A DNA stretch of 64,000 nt, from NCBI GenBank assembly GCA_904063045.1, contig CAJFCJ010000005.1:945988-1009987 (forward strand), in the 5' to 3' direction. Position 1 is the stretch's first letter. Every line of letters begins with the position of its first letter. Of this stretch, positions 50,537-63,043 are shown piece after piece. The notes under the pieces are model-generated. The model made no database searches. It was not told where the DNA came from and worked only from the letters and a program-made list of their open reading frames with translations. The stretch comes from Dimorphilus gyrociliatus (Eukaryota > Animalia > Annelida). Made by a program: the position numbers and the translations under genes.

Positions 50537-53500
50537 CTTTGTTCAGAAAATTAGTCATATAGATATTATTATCGGAAGACAAAAAGCATAAAAATAGGGT
50601 TTAAGCCTATTGCTTAACTGAATAAAATTAAGATAATAAATAGTTTTTATGTTTTCACTTTGTCTCTATTCATTTAACCTTAAAATGAGTTTGTAAACTT
50701 ATAGGAAAGTAGTTTCTTTTGTGTCTATTATCGATTATTGGAAAGTAAATAAGGTTTTTTTTTGTATTGATAGATCAATGAAATAATAATTCCCATGCAC
50801 GTAATAATTAATTTTATATTATTTCCTATTCATAACTGTTTATTATTAAGGGGTTCTTTTTTTTCATTATTACTTTATTTCATCTCCATTTCTCTTTCTC
50901 TCTTTCTCACATTCTTCTCTCTCTCTCTCCCGTTATTGAATCGGATGGAGGGTAGGGGGGAGATTCAATTTTCTTATACGATTTTATTGATAGTTTTCTT
51001 TGGGTGGGAAAATCTTGAGTAGAATAGTTCTTAATCAGCGAACGTAAGGAGAAAGATATCATCTCTTCCTCTGTCTTGTTTGTTTGAACTAATAAACTTC
51101 TTTAGTTCATCATCGTTCAGGGTAAACAAAAAAGATTTATTAGAATCTAATAGACGTTGGACAAAGTAAACAGGCGTAAATGCGAATAATATAGGTATAC
51201 ATTATTCTAGATGTAGACTATCTACGCTTTCTTTACAATGCAAACAAATTTTTCTCCGTCGTGATCTTTGGACTGGAACTAATGCATTAATTTAATAATC
51301 TATACAATCATTTAACTGCTTATGTATACAAAACGGAAGGTTACACGTAGCAAGCGATTAATTTTTATGATCTATTACCCGTACATAATATATCATGGTG
51401 GTGTATAATAGCTTGATTCTCTCTTGGGTATCATAATATTCATCTTAGGGAAAGCCAATTCATTTACGGTTTTTATAGAAGGAGAGTCGCTTGATAAAGT
51501 TTCCTTTACCGATTGCATGTCCTCGATTTCCCCCAAAATTAAAAAGTTTTCTCAACTTTAGAAAAGATAGCTCAAGGAACTTCCCTATTCCTCCTTACAA
51601 CTTTTCCTCTTTCTATTTACTCCCAAAGGCAAAATCTTTATTTTTCCTTTCCCTTTCATTACAACTACTGGCCAGACAATTTCTCTATAGATTGAGAATT
51701 CAATACCTGCATACATCCCTATAAAAAAGAACCATTTATTACTCTTCTGTATGCTAAATACTAATATAATAAAGTCATTTCAGTCGTTTACCTTTTTCTT
51801 ACGAAATCAGGTTCGGTTTTGGAGTTTTGCGGAAATTCGGCAGAGGAACACCAATTGCAATGTTCGCCGAACGAAGTAATTATAATAGAGATGGCCGATT
51901 ATGGAGATTTCAAAGATGGAGGTTGTGATGTATCAAGGTAAAGACAAAGCGACTATAACAGAAGCTCAATATAAATATTAAACACTATATACAGTATAGT
52001 ATATACGATAAAATGTATTTAATGCTTTTGTGCATATTCTATATATATATATATATATATATTGATATAAAATCTTCTTTCTATAATGATTAGTTCGGTT
52101 TTAAACAACTTGGAGTGTATTTCCATTTTTTTTATTTGAATACGTCACATCAATGAATCTGCTGTTTGTCTACATCGAATTGATTGTTTATCCACAACAT
52201 ACAACTACTTGTATATCCTTTTTTTTTTACACGTCTTATGAATCATTACGAAAATAGAATTGTATAAGAAATTTTTTATTAATAAGCTAACTTAATTGCA
52301 TCGGATATGTTGGTTTTTTTTTCTTCTTTATGACTAATCTCGTAGAGAAGATATACTACTGATATTCCGTTTTCCGTATCCCATGTAACACTTTATTATA
52401 ATCTTCTAAAATTGTCTATTTACTATACTGTATATATATATATATATTAGTATATCCATATTTACTAAGAAAAATATTGAAATAATTGAAATTCTTTTAT
52501 TTATACACACAGTATCAATAGAAAGAAGGAGAGATGTGTTGTAAGTGTAATAGATAAACTGGATAAAATTTGTTCCGGGAAGCAGATTTGCCGCTTTATC
52601 CCCCCTACAACGGATGTTATTCAGGCCTATGAATCGCGAAACAATTGTCCTGACGAGTTGAAGGCTTTCCGAAAGGATTTACGAGTAATTTTCCGTTGTT
52701 TGTCAGGTAATGTTTGACGACAAAACAATTGTAATGCTTTAATGTTTGTATTGTATAGTTGTAGAGACGCCGTGCTCTCCCTGTAGGGATTCACCATTTA
52801 TGGTAGATACTAAACGCTTCGGAGATTCGGCTAGTTTATCAGCATTCTGTGAAGATTCGTGTCCAACCTCAGTCCATTTAGTGACATCTCAGAGACGGCA
52901 ATTCAATTTAACGTTGCTCGACTTTGGCTGGGATTCAGATAATTCCGGAGAATGCGATCAACCATTTTCACAAGTCAGAGACGGGGTGAGTACACTCTCT
53001 TACAAGGTCAAACACTTATAAATTTGATATCAGGGCATCTAACAACTTATATCGAATTCTTGTCCCTTTTCTCTAAATTAAGAGTAAATTGCCATGGCTA
53101 ATAAATGAAGAGAGAAAGAAAGAAAGAGAAAGAAAGAGAGAGAGAGAGAGATAGTCATAAAAGAAAAAGAATCTTTCAGAACTATGAACTTTGTCTGGCT
53201 TTAAAACTTTACCTAAATAGCTTTTAATGTGTTTTAAATAAATAGGAGCCACGTGTTAAGATATTTTATAGTTTTAGTAACGAAAAATTTGGAGAAAAAC
53301 AGACGGAACAGCGTGAATATTTAAAAATAATACAACTTGTTTGCTAACGTCCTTAACCTTATCATCAGTTTGTCTTAGCAGTTTAAAACTAATTTAAATG
53401 ACATATTAGATAAACTCGTGCAGTTTGTAAATTGAATATATATTGAAAATAGAGTGTTTTTATATATATTTTCTATTCAATAGTCAATTTTCTTAAAGTA

Positions 53501-55733
53501 ATTAAACATTTCTTTTTGTAGCAACGCAAAATATCTGTTTGCCAGGGCGGTAATCGCCGTCGGCATCATATAATTACGTCGTCGGCAAACTCACTACATA
53601 TAGAGATAATTAAGAGGAAAACGCCCTATCGTTTTCTATTCGAATATCATGGTTTGTACTTGATAAACTTTTTAATTAATGATCTCATTAGTACACTAAC
53701 ATAAATTTTTCTTATCTAAAAATTTAATTATCTTTTAAACCAGTGTTTGGCTGCAAACTTCCTCCGATGCCAGCCAATAGCCGCGTAAAAACAACAAAGG
53801 ACGGCATAGTTATTGAATGTTTAACAAGCGATCATAAGTTTGAATTAATTTGTGTGGGATCAAGTTGGGTTGGAATGTTGGGCGATTGTCGAGGTGCAGT
53901 ATAATTTCATTCTATATTCATCTTATATAGGCGAAGAATAAACAATCGACCGTATACAGTTTTCCCTACTTTTTACCGTTCTGTATATTCATAGTCATGA
54001 ATTATTTATAGTCAAAGGTTAAATGCAAAAGTGCATAATTTATAATAAATCAATTAAACCTTTCTCTCTTCTTCTTCCTGTCGTGTTGAATATCAACGGA
54101 GCTTTGAAAAATATTCCCTATCACCTATTTGCGTTAAAGAGAGAAGAAGAAGAAGAAAAAGAAAAAGAGGATATTTATATTTCAATCCGTTTAAAATATA
54201 ATGAAAGAATAGCAAAGAACTTTACAAAGAACATCTCTTTTTTGTAAATAGAAAAATAACAAACTAAAGTGATGTTTTGTTGTTACTGAAATTTGAGATT
54301 GTTTTCTCTTTTTAGCTTTAGAAGAGGGGAAAAGTTTGTCTATCAGGCAAATAGACGTACTGTTGGCTCTTAGTAAAAATTCAATGTCTATTTATATAAG
54401 GTTATTTTACAAGTACTTTTCAATTATTGACAGATATAAAATTATATTGAAAGCCGTTACCTAACTTTTCGTTCCCCTTTTCAACGAAAGAAAATTGATA
54501 TAGTTCTTTAATTTTACTAAATAGGGTGTTAGACTATTCATGAAGAGAAAAAGAGAGGTATAGAGAGTGATAGAGAGAGAGGGAGAAGGTGCTAGTGTGT
54601 AAGAATCTTACAGTTGTCAGTTGCAATCATTCGTGATTTAATAAGCTCTCCTATATATATAGGAGTATATATCTTCTTTTTCATAAATAAAGCTCATAAT
54701 ATTCACTTAAGTAGAACGTATGCAATATATATTTATATTCATTGTAAAAGAGACGTCAAAAGCGTCTATAAGCGATTGTTTTTAAAGTGAAATGATTAAA
54801 GGACTAAAAAAGGGCATCAAATACTTTGCTGATATTTAGCTATACAAACGACTAAATTCTAATACGTCATAAGCGCAAATAGTTGACGAAATGAAGCATC
54901 TATTTGTATATAAAGTAGTTTTTCAGTTGAATGATTTGCAGTTGGTAGTTAACGCCCGGTGACGCGTTAAAACGCTCCCACGCATTTCGTCTCTTTTTTT
55001 TTTTTTTTTTTACCATATTCTAAATATTTCTCTATACAACTTAACGAAATTAGACGCCAAAGCGTTTATTTTTTTTCCCCCCCTCTCTCTCTCTCTCCTC
55101 AGTTATCCGTTTTTAGTATGTTTATTTATAAAAAAACAAATAATCTTCTCCAATTTACAAACATTTCTCATCTTTAATTTGCTATAGACGTTTATATTTC
55201 TGCTTGCAGATGATAGATAAAAAAATCCGTTTATTTTTTATTTATACAGCAGAACCGAAATCTCAGACGAGCAGCAGCAAACCGATATCGACTAGTAAGT
55301 TAAAGGACAAACATTCCATCTCGTAGATTTAAACTGCAAAAAAAGTTATCCTTAATTTTGTATTTTTCCAACAGCTGCCACTATCATTTTAGTAATCTGC
55401 GCGGCTATTATTATTGCTTTCGTTATACCTACCTCCGTCTTGTACGTCGTAAACAGGTAAATAATTAGCTACCGGCAATTTGCCAACCTACATGTAATTA
55501 TTAAGTTCCATAATTACGTATGGTCACGTGACAGGCGGATGCGACGCAGTTTGCAAAAAGAGTATGCTTTTGCACAGCCGTGTCCATCTAACTACACAAA
55601 AAGTACCACAATCTATACTACAAGGCCTGCACCTTGCGATCGAATGGATCATAATAATCATATATACGAGATGCCCAACTACGACGTAATTGATGTTCCC
55701 TACGATCACCAGAGGAGGAGTGTAATGACTTAA
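48591..55733 (+). CDS. Type I membrane protein: SP - SUEL/Gal-lectin - CUB - CCP/sushi-like - TM - Tyr-containing tail
   Basis: Exons 48591-48684 (MLERKYCSFFIILTIIQLVSG), 51811-51937, 52513-52706, 52759-52985, 53522-53651, 53744-53893, 55250-55294, 55375-55456 (TM IILVICAAIIIAFVIPTSVLYVV), 55535-55733. Lectin motifs LQCSPNEVIIIEMADYG and CSGKQIC; CUB motifs QFNLTLLDF and FLFEY. Confidence 0.88.
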
Positions 55734-57483
55734 AAGGAGATGAAAAGGGAATACTTCCAAGATTCCTTCGATACTCTATCGATATTTTATAAATTCTATA
55801 TAAAGCTATATTCATATATTAGCAAACAAATTTTTACATCAAATTAAGAATGGAAAAGGAAACATTTCATTAGTTGAAAAAACAAAATTTGCCTTCAAAC
55901 CATATTTAACCTTTTACATTTAAGAAGAGAAACTTTCTCATCAAAATATCCTCCAAATTTTGTTCTCAATCTTATTCATTAAGTTATCTTTTACATATTA
56001 AAATATTACGAGAATTAAAGGGAAAAATAACCTTAATCTTATCTAATATAGTATTACATTCTAACCTTTAGTTGCTATTGAGTCTATATCTAACGTTACC
56101 TTGAACCGTCTAATTAATGTGTATCATTTCTTGTATACTATTATTTATATACGGTATATATACTGTATATAGCTATAGCTTAAATATTGTCAAGTAATCA
56201 TTATTACTGAAATGTGTCATTGTAAAACGTTTAGAAGAAGTTTGAATGTCTGTTATCATACAAAATTTTCTTTTTCTCTCTTCTCCATACTCTTCTCTTT
56301 TTTTTATTCTTCTCTTCTTTTTCTTCCATTCTTTTTCCTTTTATTATTGTTCTTATTTTTTCTATAATAAAACTAAGTAAAATTGACTCTAGCCATTGGC
56401 TTAAAAGCATCTATCGAACGTTTCACTAGACGCCTCGTCTTACCTTTAATGAAGCTATCAATTACAAGAAAGGATCAACTAGCAATAAGATTTCTTATTA
56501 AAAGAGCCTCAGGCGTCAGATTTACGACATTATTAGCTTTACAATTGTAAATAACTCTATAAAGGTATATTTAATTATTTGCGGAAACGATTATTTCGAT
56601 TGTTTACTAAACAAAATGTAAACAATTTTTAGGGCAAAGAGGCAGTGTGGGGCGGAGAAGAAGAAGAAAAAGAAGAAGGCATAAGAATATATTGTTTAGT
56701 TTAAAAGAGCGGCGAAAAGCTAATTAAAATTAGAAAGAAATAAAGATTCGAAGAAGAAGGGGTCGTACACAGAGAGAGTGAGAGAGGAAAAGAGAGAGAG
56801 AGAGAGAGAGAGAGAGTGGGAAAGCGGAAAGTTTATCCATTCTAACTACAGCTAAGAATTTCCATTAGCTTTATAATAAATTTGGTCTGCGGGCTATAAA
56901 GCCATTTACCGTAATAAAATTAGGGAAATTCACGAAAAGGGTCATTAATAATATTTCTTTTCTTTTTAATTTTTACTCAGCATGCCTTTGCGAAACATAT
57001 CTTTGATTTACATAAAGGGAAAACGCCTATTAACACCTACCGCCCCCCTCCTCTTTGCCACCTTTTATTAGCAGTTATACAAGCTGTTTTTAATAGATTA
57101 TCTCTTTTAAATTTGTATTCAAATTATTGATGATATCACAATTTACAAATTTTTAGTATAATTTTAAATTTGATTATCACAGTGCGAAAAGATCGTGCAT
57201 GTTTTTCAAAAGCAGGACAAAAAAAAGGACATATAGTAAAAGTTTATACAAGGTTCTCTTCTTACCCATTCAATGGAGCAGCTTTCGACTTCATTGTTTG
57301 TTCTCCTGAAATAAATAGAATTTATTATCACGCTGCCTTTTTAGTATGTAAATATTAGTATTTAGTTATCAAATAAGGAAAAGAAAGGATATGAGAGGAA
57401 TTAAAAGCGCGAGAATTAATCTCTAGTCTTTTTTTTCTTAGCGAATCGACAAGTAATCAATTATTGCTTTCGCTCTACTATAA

Positions 57484-60400
57484 TCATTCAACCTTATCTA
57501 TATCATTATCTTTGACATCAACTTCGGCCCCGTCATCTCTTTCATTTGTTTCTACATCATCATGTTGTTCTACCTCATTTTCTTCGTCCTCGTCTATATT
57601 ATCATCTTCTTGTTCAGCTACCTCGTTGGTTGCTTCTGCTTCTGCTTCTTCTTTTTCTTCTTCATTAGAATTCTCTACCAAGTCATTATTTCCCCCCATA
57701 TCAACTACATCTCCCCCGTCTACAGTCTCATCCGAATTCTCTAACAACTTGTGTCTATTTTCTTGATCCGCAGCTAAGTTATCTATTGCATTAGTTTGAA
57801 GATATTCATCCTGTTCTACATCATTCAGATGGGTTTCTAAATGTCTCTCTTGTTCGTCTTCCGTCCTTTCTTCCATATTATCCGGTTCGTTTATTTCTTG
57901 ACTATTATCGACTAGACTCGATTCACCATTTTCTTCTGTTTGTATCGTCTCGTCATTTTTGTGTATTTCATCCCCTTCGGCTACAGCCTCATTAATTCCC
58001 TTTGTAGATAAATTATCTTTTTCGTCAACTGTAGCATTTTTGTCAGCTGCAACATCGTTTTTACGTAATTTTAGGTCATCTTCATTCTCTTGTCCTTGGG
58101 CCAAATTTTCAATAATTCCTCCTATTACATAACCTGCTTCCGCGACACTCTCAACTAAATTGAGTACTTGTTCTCCGTCTAAATTTTCCTTCTTTTCTAC
58201 ATTTTCTAAATCTTTCTTAACCTTAACATTTTCCTCATTAACCCTCTCTTCTTTCCCCTTTTCCTCAATTTCCTTACTATCTTCCTCATACGTCTGGTTA
58301 GTTACATAGTTTAAACGAAAGGGATTAAAAGAAAAGCTAAATTGTTAAAGGAGTTTTTAACGTATTTGTTAATCAGAGTTAAGTTACCGCAGAAACAAAT
58401 ATAAGTTAGGGAATATGCCCGGGAAAAGATACAAGACGCGTGTTTATCGCTTATTTACAACATTTCAACAAACAAACCTCTGAATTTTCTTTACTATTCT
58501 TTAAGCTTTTCCTCGTTGCGTGGCCTCGATAAGTACTTTGAATTTTTATTGCAGCTTCATTCTTTAAGTTTGTTATTCAATTATTAGCTAATATACAATT
58601 GTATTTTTCGTATTTTATACTTTTGTCTTATCATCTTCGTCATTTGCTTCGGTTTCTTTTTCTTCCTTCTTTTCTGTTTCTGCAGTTTCTGCCTCTGGCT
58701 CTACCGCCGCTTCTGCTTCTGCTTTTGATTCTTCCTGCTGCTCATCTTTAGCGACCTAATCCACAATAATTTCAAATGTATAAGTAAGAACGTTCTCGAA
58801 AGAAGCTTTGCATGAGATTTACTTACTTCACTCTCTTGATTTTCATTAGTTTTTTCGGCCTGCTCTGGAGGGGATTCTTCAGTTTCATTTGATTCTTCTG
58901 GCTTGTCTGCAGTTTGTTCCTAAATATAAGGAGAATTTAGAATATTTTGCTCAAAGATACTAATTTAAAGGGGTATTCTAGAAGCTTATTTTGCAAATAA
59001 GCGAATAGATCAAACTTACTTTGTTTCTTCCATCAACATCGTCGATATCGTCCTTTTGTTCTCTAGCGTTGTCATTCCTAGAAGCTTGCCTCTGTTCTTC
59101 CACTTGCTCATCCTGTTAAATGATTTTATTAATAAAATTAATTAAAAAGAAGAAAATATCAAAGAACAGTACAACTTTTTAAGTCTCAGAGAAAGATAGA
59201 AGTATTAGAGTCAGAGAGATGAAGAAAGACAGAAAAGAAAAAAATGGGAAAGAGAAGGATGGGGTACAGTAACAATAACGCAGAGGGAACAAAAAGATTG
59301 AATATTTTCCTAATTCCAATATTGAATATACTGTATAAAGTATATGTATAAATGATATAAGATAAAAAACAGTTGTTTTTTTTTTCTTTTGTTTTGTTTT
59401 CGAACAAAGAAAAGGAGCTTATATTTGCAAAATATCTAAGATAGCCCCATTGATGAGATAGATAACAACAAGTACAACAAAAATAATCCCACACGTATCG
59501 TTTCTTTTACCTCTTTCTTTTTCCTCTATTTCATGGAATTTTCAAACATATTTATTTGAATGATTAATAAATAATCTAAATATATAGGGCAAAATATAAA
59601 CAATTGGAGAATTGATTGATTCAAAATTGAATAGATTGTTTGGTAGAGCTATTAAGTTTTAATATCAATATACTTCAACTCTACGCCAATTCAACCATTA
59701 CCAATATCTATTGATATTATTGGATATAAATATCTCAATTTTCCGTTCAATTTGTAATTGAAATAAACAATCTATATTTTTAGGGTGAACAAAGTTCGAA
59801 GAGGGAGGAATTAAGAGGGCGAATAGAACGATTAGGGTACTTCAATGTAAGGGATCAATATTCTTTATCTATATACTTAAAAATCTATCTTTCCTTTTTG
59901 TTTTATAAAACACGATATAAACTGCTTAAATATAAAAAAAATGCATCTCTCACTCTCTTCACTAGTACAATTTTCATCTATCCTCTTCGAGAATAATTAA
60001 GCCAGCAGTAAGCCTATTTTAAGAGATATAATTTTATCGAATCGGAAGCGATAAAAGAGACCGAATTATAGGAATTAAAACCGATAATTATCAATCACTG
60101 TATGACAACTACAAAAAAAAAGAAACGGTTACATAAGGTAAACTTCTTTCTTCTTCTTCTTCTTCTCTCTCTCTCTCTTTTTGCAGGTGTCATTTAAAGC
60201 CACAGAAGTATTATTATATTTTTTTCTTATATATTCTTGAGAAGGTAAACAGAGAATTACTTTATTATTATTATAAATACTATTATGCTTATTTAAACGA
60301 GACCTAATAATCGAAGATTTAGCGTATAGTCACGAACTGGCATGCTCATATGTGAGCTAAACATACAGTATATAAATTTATATATACAGTATATATATAT

Positions 60401-63043
60401 ATATATATTTCTTTTTATATATAAACATATGTATATTTAGGAGGAAAAGGGATAAATAACTTTTGAAAAAAGAGCGGAATAATTAGGATTTTCTTCTATA
60501 ATCTATAGAATGTATAACCTTAAATTTCATATTGATATTTTATTAATTAAAAAAGATAATCCTATAATGAATAGTTGACGGTTTCTATAGGAATTTGTCA
60601 AAATCATCTTCTAAATATCGGGCTTATTTGCAATTGTATAGTCATATTAAACTGAAAAAAGGCCGTTTTGCTTTAAACAGGAAAACCTTTTAGTACCTTT
60701 GCTGGAGTACAGATTTTTTGGACTCAAGTGGTGTGAAGAGTGTTTTTGTAAGTAATATGCACTGGCGCGACAAATGATTTATTGAACGACGCAAAGCGTC
60801 ACTTGTAAGCTATGTAGAGATATTTATAAGGATACTTTTTCAGAAAAAAGCCATCACCTAAAAATACATTCTATAGTCTATGTTTTGTGAGAACAACACT
60901 CCAATTCCTTGTTCCTTTGCAACGAGAAAGGAATAAAAAAAAAGCATCAAACGACCTTGAAATAGGTCTTTTTCGTTCGAAATTTGGTATTTTGATGAAC
61001 TTGCCAAGAGCAAAACTAGATTCTAAGGAAGAGTATGAAACCGGAAACAGGAAGAACTAGAAATAAATGCACTGTATACTTCAGCTGGCAAAAAGAGAGA
61101 AGTTCGCTTTTTGCTTGATCTATTTTGTTCAGACGAGTATGTATATTTTGTAAATTATTTGAAATTTACACCTTTAAAAGGCGTATTGAGGAGAAATTCT
61201 GATATTGGAGACGGCGCTCTCTCTTTTTTTTGCATAAAAATTTCATATAACGCCGCTTTACAAAGGCAGTTTGTCATCGGATGATGGAAGAATCGACGTG
61301 AAACTCATATTTTAACATGTTTCGTATATTGACTATCTATAGTTTGTTGTAACATTAACAGGTTGAATCAATCTCGTACATTGGAAAGCTTGCAATTACG
61401 CCTATACCTACAGATGTCGCTACTGAATAGTTTACACGAAATTTTTAAATTATCTCCCTTTTATCCTAGTTAAAAAACAATTATTTTTCTTTTTTATATA
61501 CTTTTATACAAGATATTAGCAATTTTCTACTGGTACTTTGGCTCAATTATAGTCCTATAAAGAGATATATAGGCTAAAATAGAATTTACTACTATTTGTA
61601 GAAGGGAAAATTGTCTAAGGTAACTACGTTATCAATCAAACTACCTCTCTTCTTTCTCAAGTATTTCAAGAATTGTTAATTGCTTATGGTTAGTATTGTA
61701 GTATAGCTAACAAACCTCAACTTCTTCAGCCGTCTGCTGATCTACCGGAACTTCCGTTCTAGTTTCATCATTCTCTTCTATGGCATTAGCATTTTCCTGT
61801 TCATTATCCGAAGTCTTAGCTTTAAACACTCCTCCCTCATCTAATATGTTTTATTGTTTGGTGAAAAAGGAATAGACGTAAAATTAGAATTTAAAAAGAC
61901 AAACGATTTCTCAAGAGAGAAAAAACTGTACCTTTGTCATAATCAGTCTCCCTAACCTTTTCAGGGCTTCTTTTTGGTCTGACAGGTTTCGAATGGAAAA
62001 GGTCATCTTCAGGTCGTTTTTGTCTATTTTAGTTTGTAAGATATAACAAATTTACTAAAGAAAAGTATATAAAATTTATACAGTATAGTTTAATAAGAAG
62101 GCATGTTGGCATGTTTATATAAATTTTATGAAAGGATAAAATATCTACCTTGGTTTTCTCGATCCTTTATTGTTATTATTGCGATCATAAGGGGGTTCTG
62201 ATTGGGTTGTTCTTTGAGTTTCTTCTGTTTGATTAGACGCGGCCGAATTATCAGACGTTCTAGCTCTCCTCGAATTAATGGGTGGTAGTTTTCTTAAAGA
62301 AAGGAAAAAGGAAGAAATTAATTACGTTCACCAATATTAATATTTAAAGATATGAAACATTTAATCCTCGTTAAATTATTCTCTATAGAATAAAAAATTA
62401 ATACGTTAATTAAACAATAAGGTATAATAAAAAACCTTTTTTGAAGTCTGGGAGATGTCGTAAACGGTGCGCTATCATGACTGCCATAATTGGCCATTTT
62501 AAAGCCTTCTCTTCCAACAGCAACATATTTTTCGTTCATTTCTAGTTCCTGCATACCGTGTATAACAGATCCGTCTGTTCTGCATAATTTTAATACGGCT
62601 CCTAAATTTAAAAAAAAAAATAAAAGAAAACAATAACAAATTATTAGAATATTAGAATAGTTCAAAGGAAATTACATAGATTCAACACTTCGTTGGTTCA
62701 ATAATAATTAATTAGCCATAAAGCGATAGATGGCTCCAGTATCGTTTAAGCACGATAACAAGCTAATTTTATTACCTGTAACCAAATCGATTCTATCCGT
62801 TATTTCACTCAAAACTGAAGTAAAATTACGCTTTAAATGCGAATTTACGTTGATTCTCTTCGCCGGTCTCCAGTCTTGACCATTCGTATAAACACTGTTG
62901 TTAAAATCAAAAAAAAAAGCTATTGATTAGGATAACTAAGTCGATTTAAGCCATAATACAAACTATATAACGAGAATATCTATTGGTACTTTCCGACATC
63001 TTCCTGATACTTGTATCGAACGATTGTGTTCTACAGGCCTCAC
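57484..63043 (-). CDS. DCDC2: DCDC2-like doublecortin-domain protein (5'-partial) with IQ motif and long acidic tail
   Basis: Exons from 63043 (VRPVEHNRSIQVSGR), 62894-62776 and 62601-62436 (GAVLKLCRTDG..YVAVGREGFK, DCX domain), then PEDDLFHSKP and DEGGVFKA...EVPVDQQTAEE (matching my recollection of the DCDC2 C-terminal motif), 58561-58478 (AAIKIQSTYRGHATRK) and the final exon 58293-57484. The first DCX domain is expected beyond the window. Confidence 0.82.
59784..61202 (+). CDS. Candidate nested antisense gene inside a DCDC2-like intron (5'-incomplete, unknown product)
   Basis: Phase-compatible exons 59784-59846, 59966-60007, 60072-60137, 60187-60207, 60681-60747, 61085-61136, 61181-61202 with donors gtaagg, gtaagc, gtaaac, gtatta, gtaagt, gtatgt. 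No domain recognised and no start codon found. Confidence 0.35.
61407..61422 (+). promoter_or_regulatory. CTCF-like motif (CCTACAGATGTCGCTA)
   Basis: One to two mismatches from the CTCF core; intronic. Confidence 0.4.

Noticed and set aside
57464-57766. Ser-rich plus-strand ORFs (also 37967-38179, 13160-13417, 55524-55815)
   Set aside because: Antisense shadows of real coding exons.
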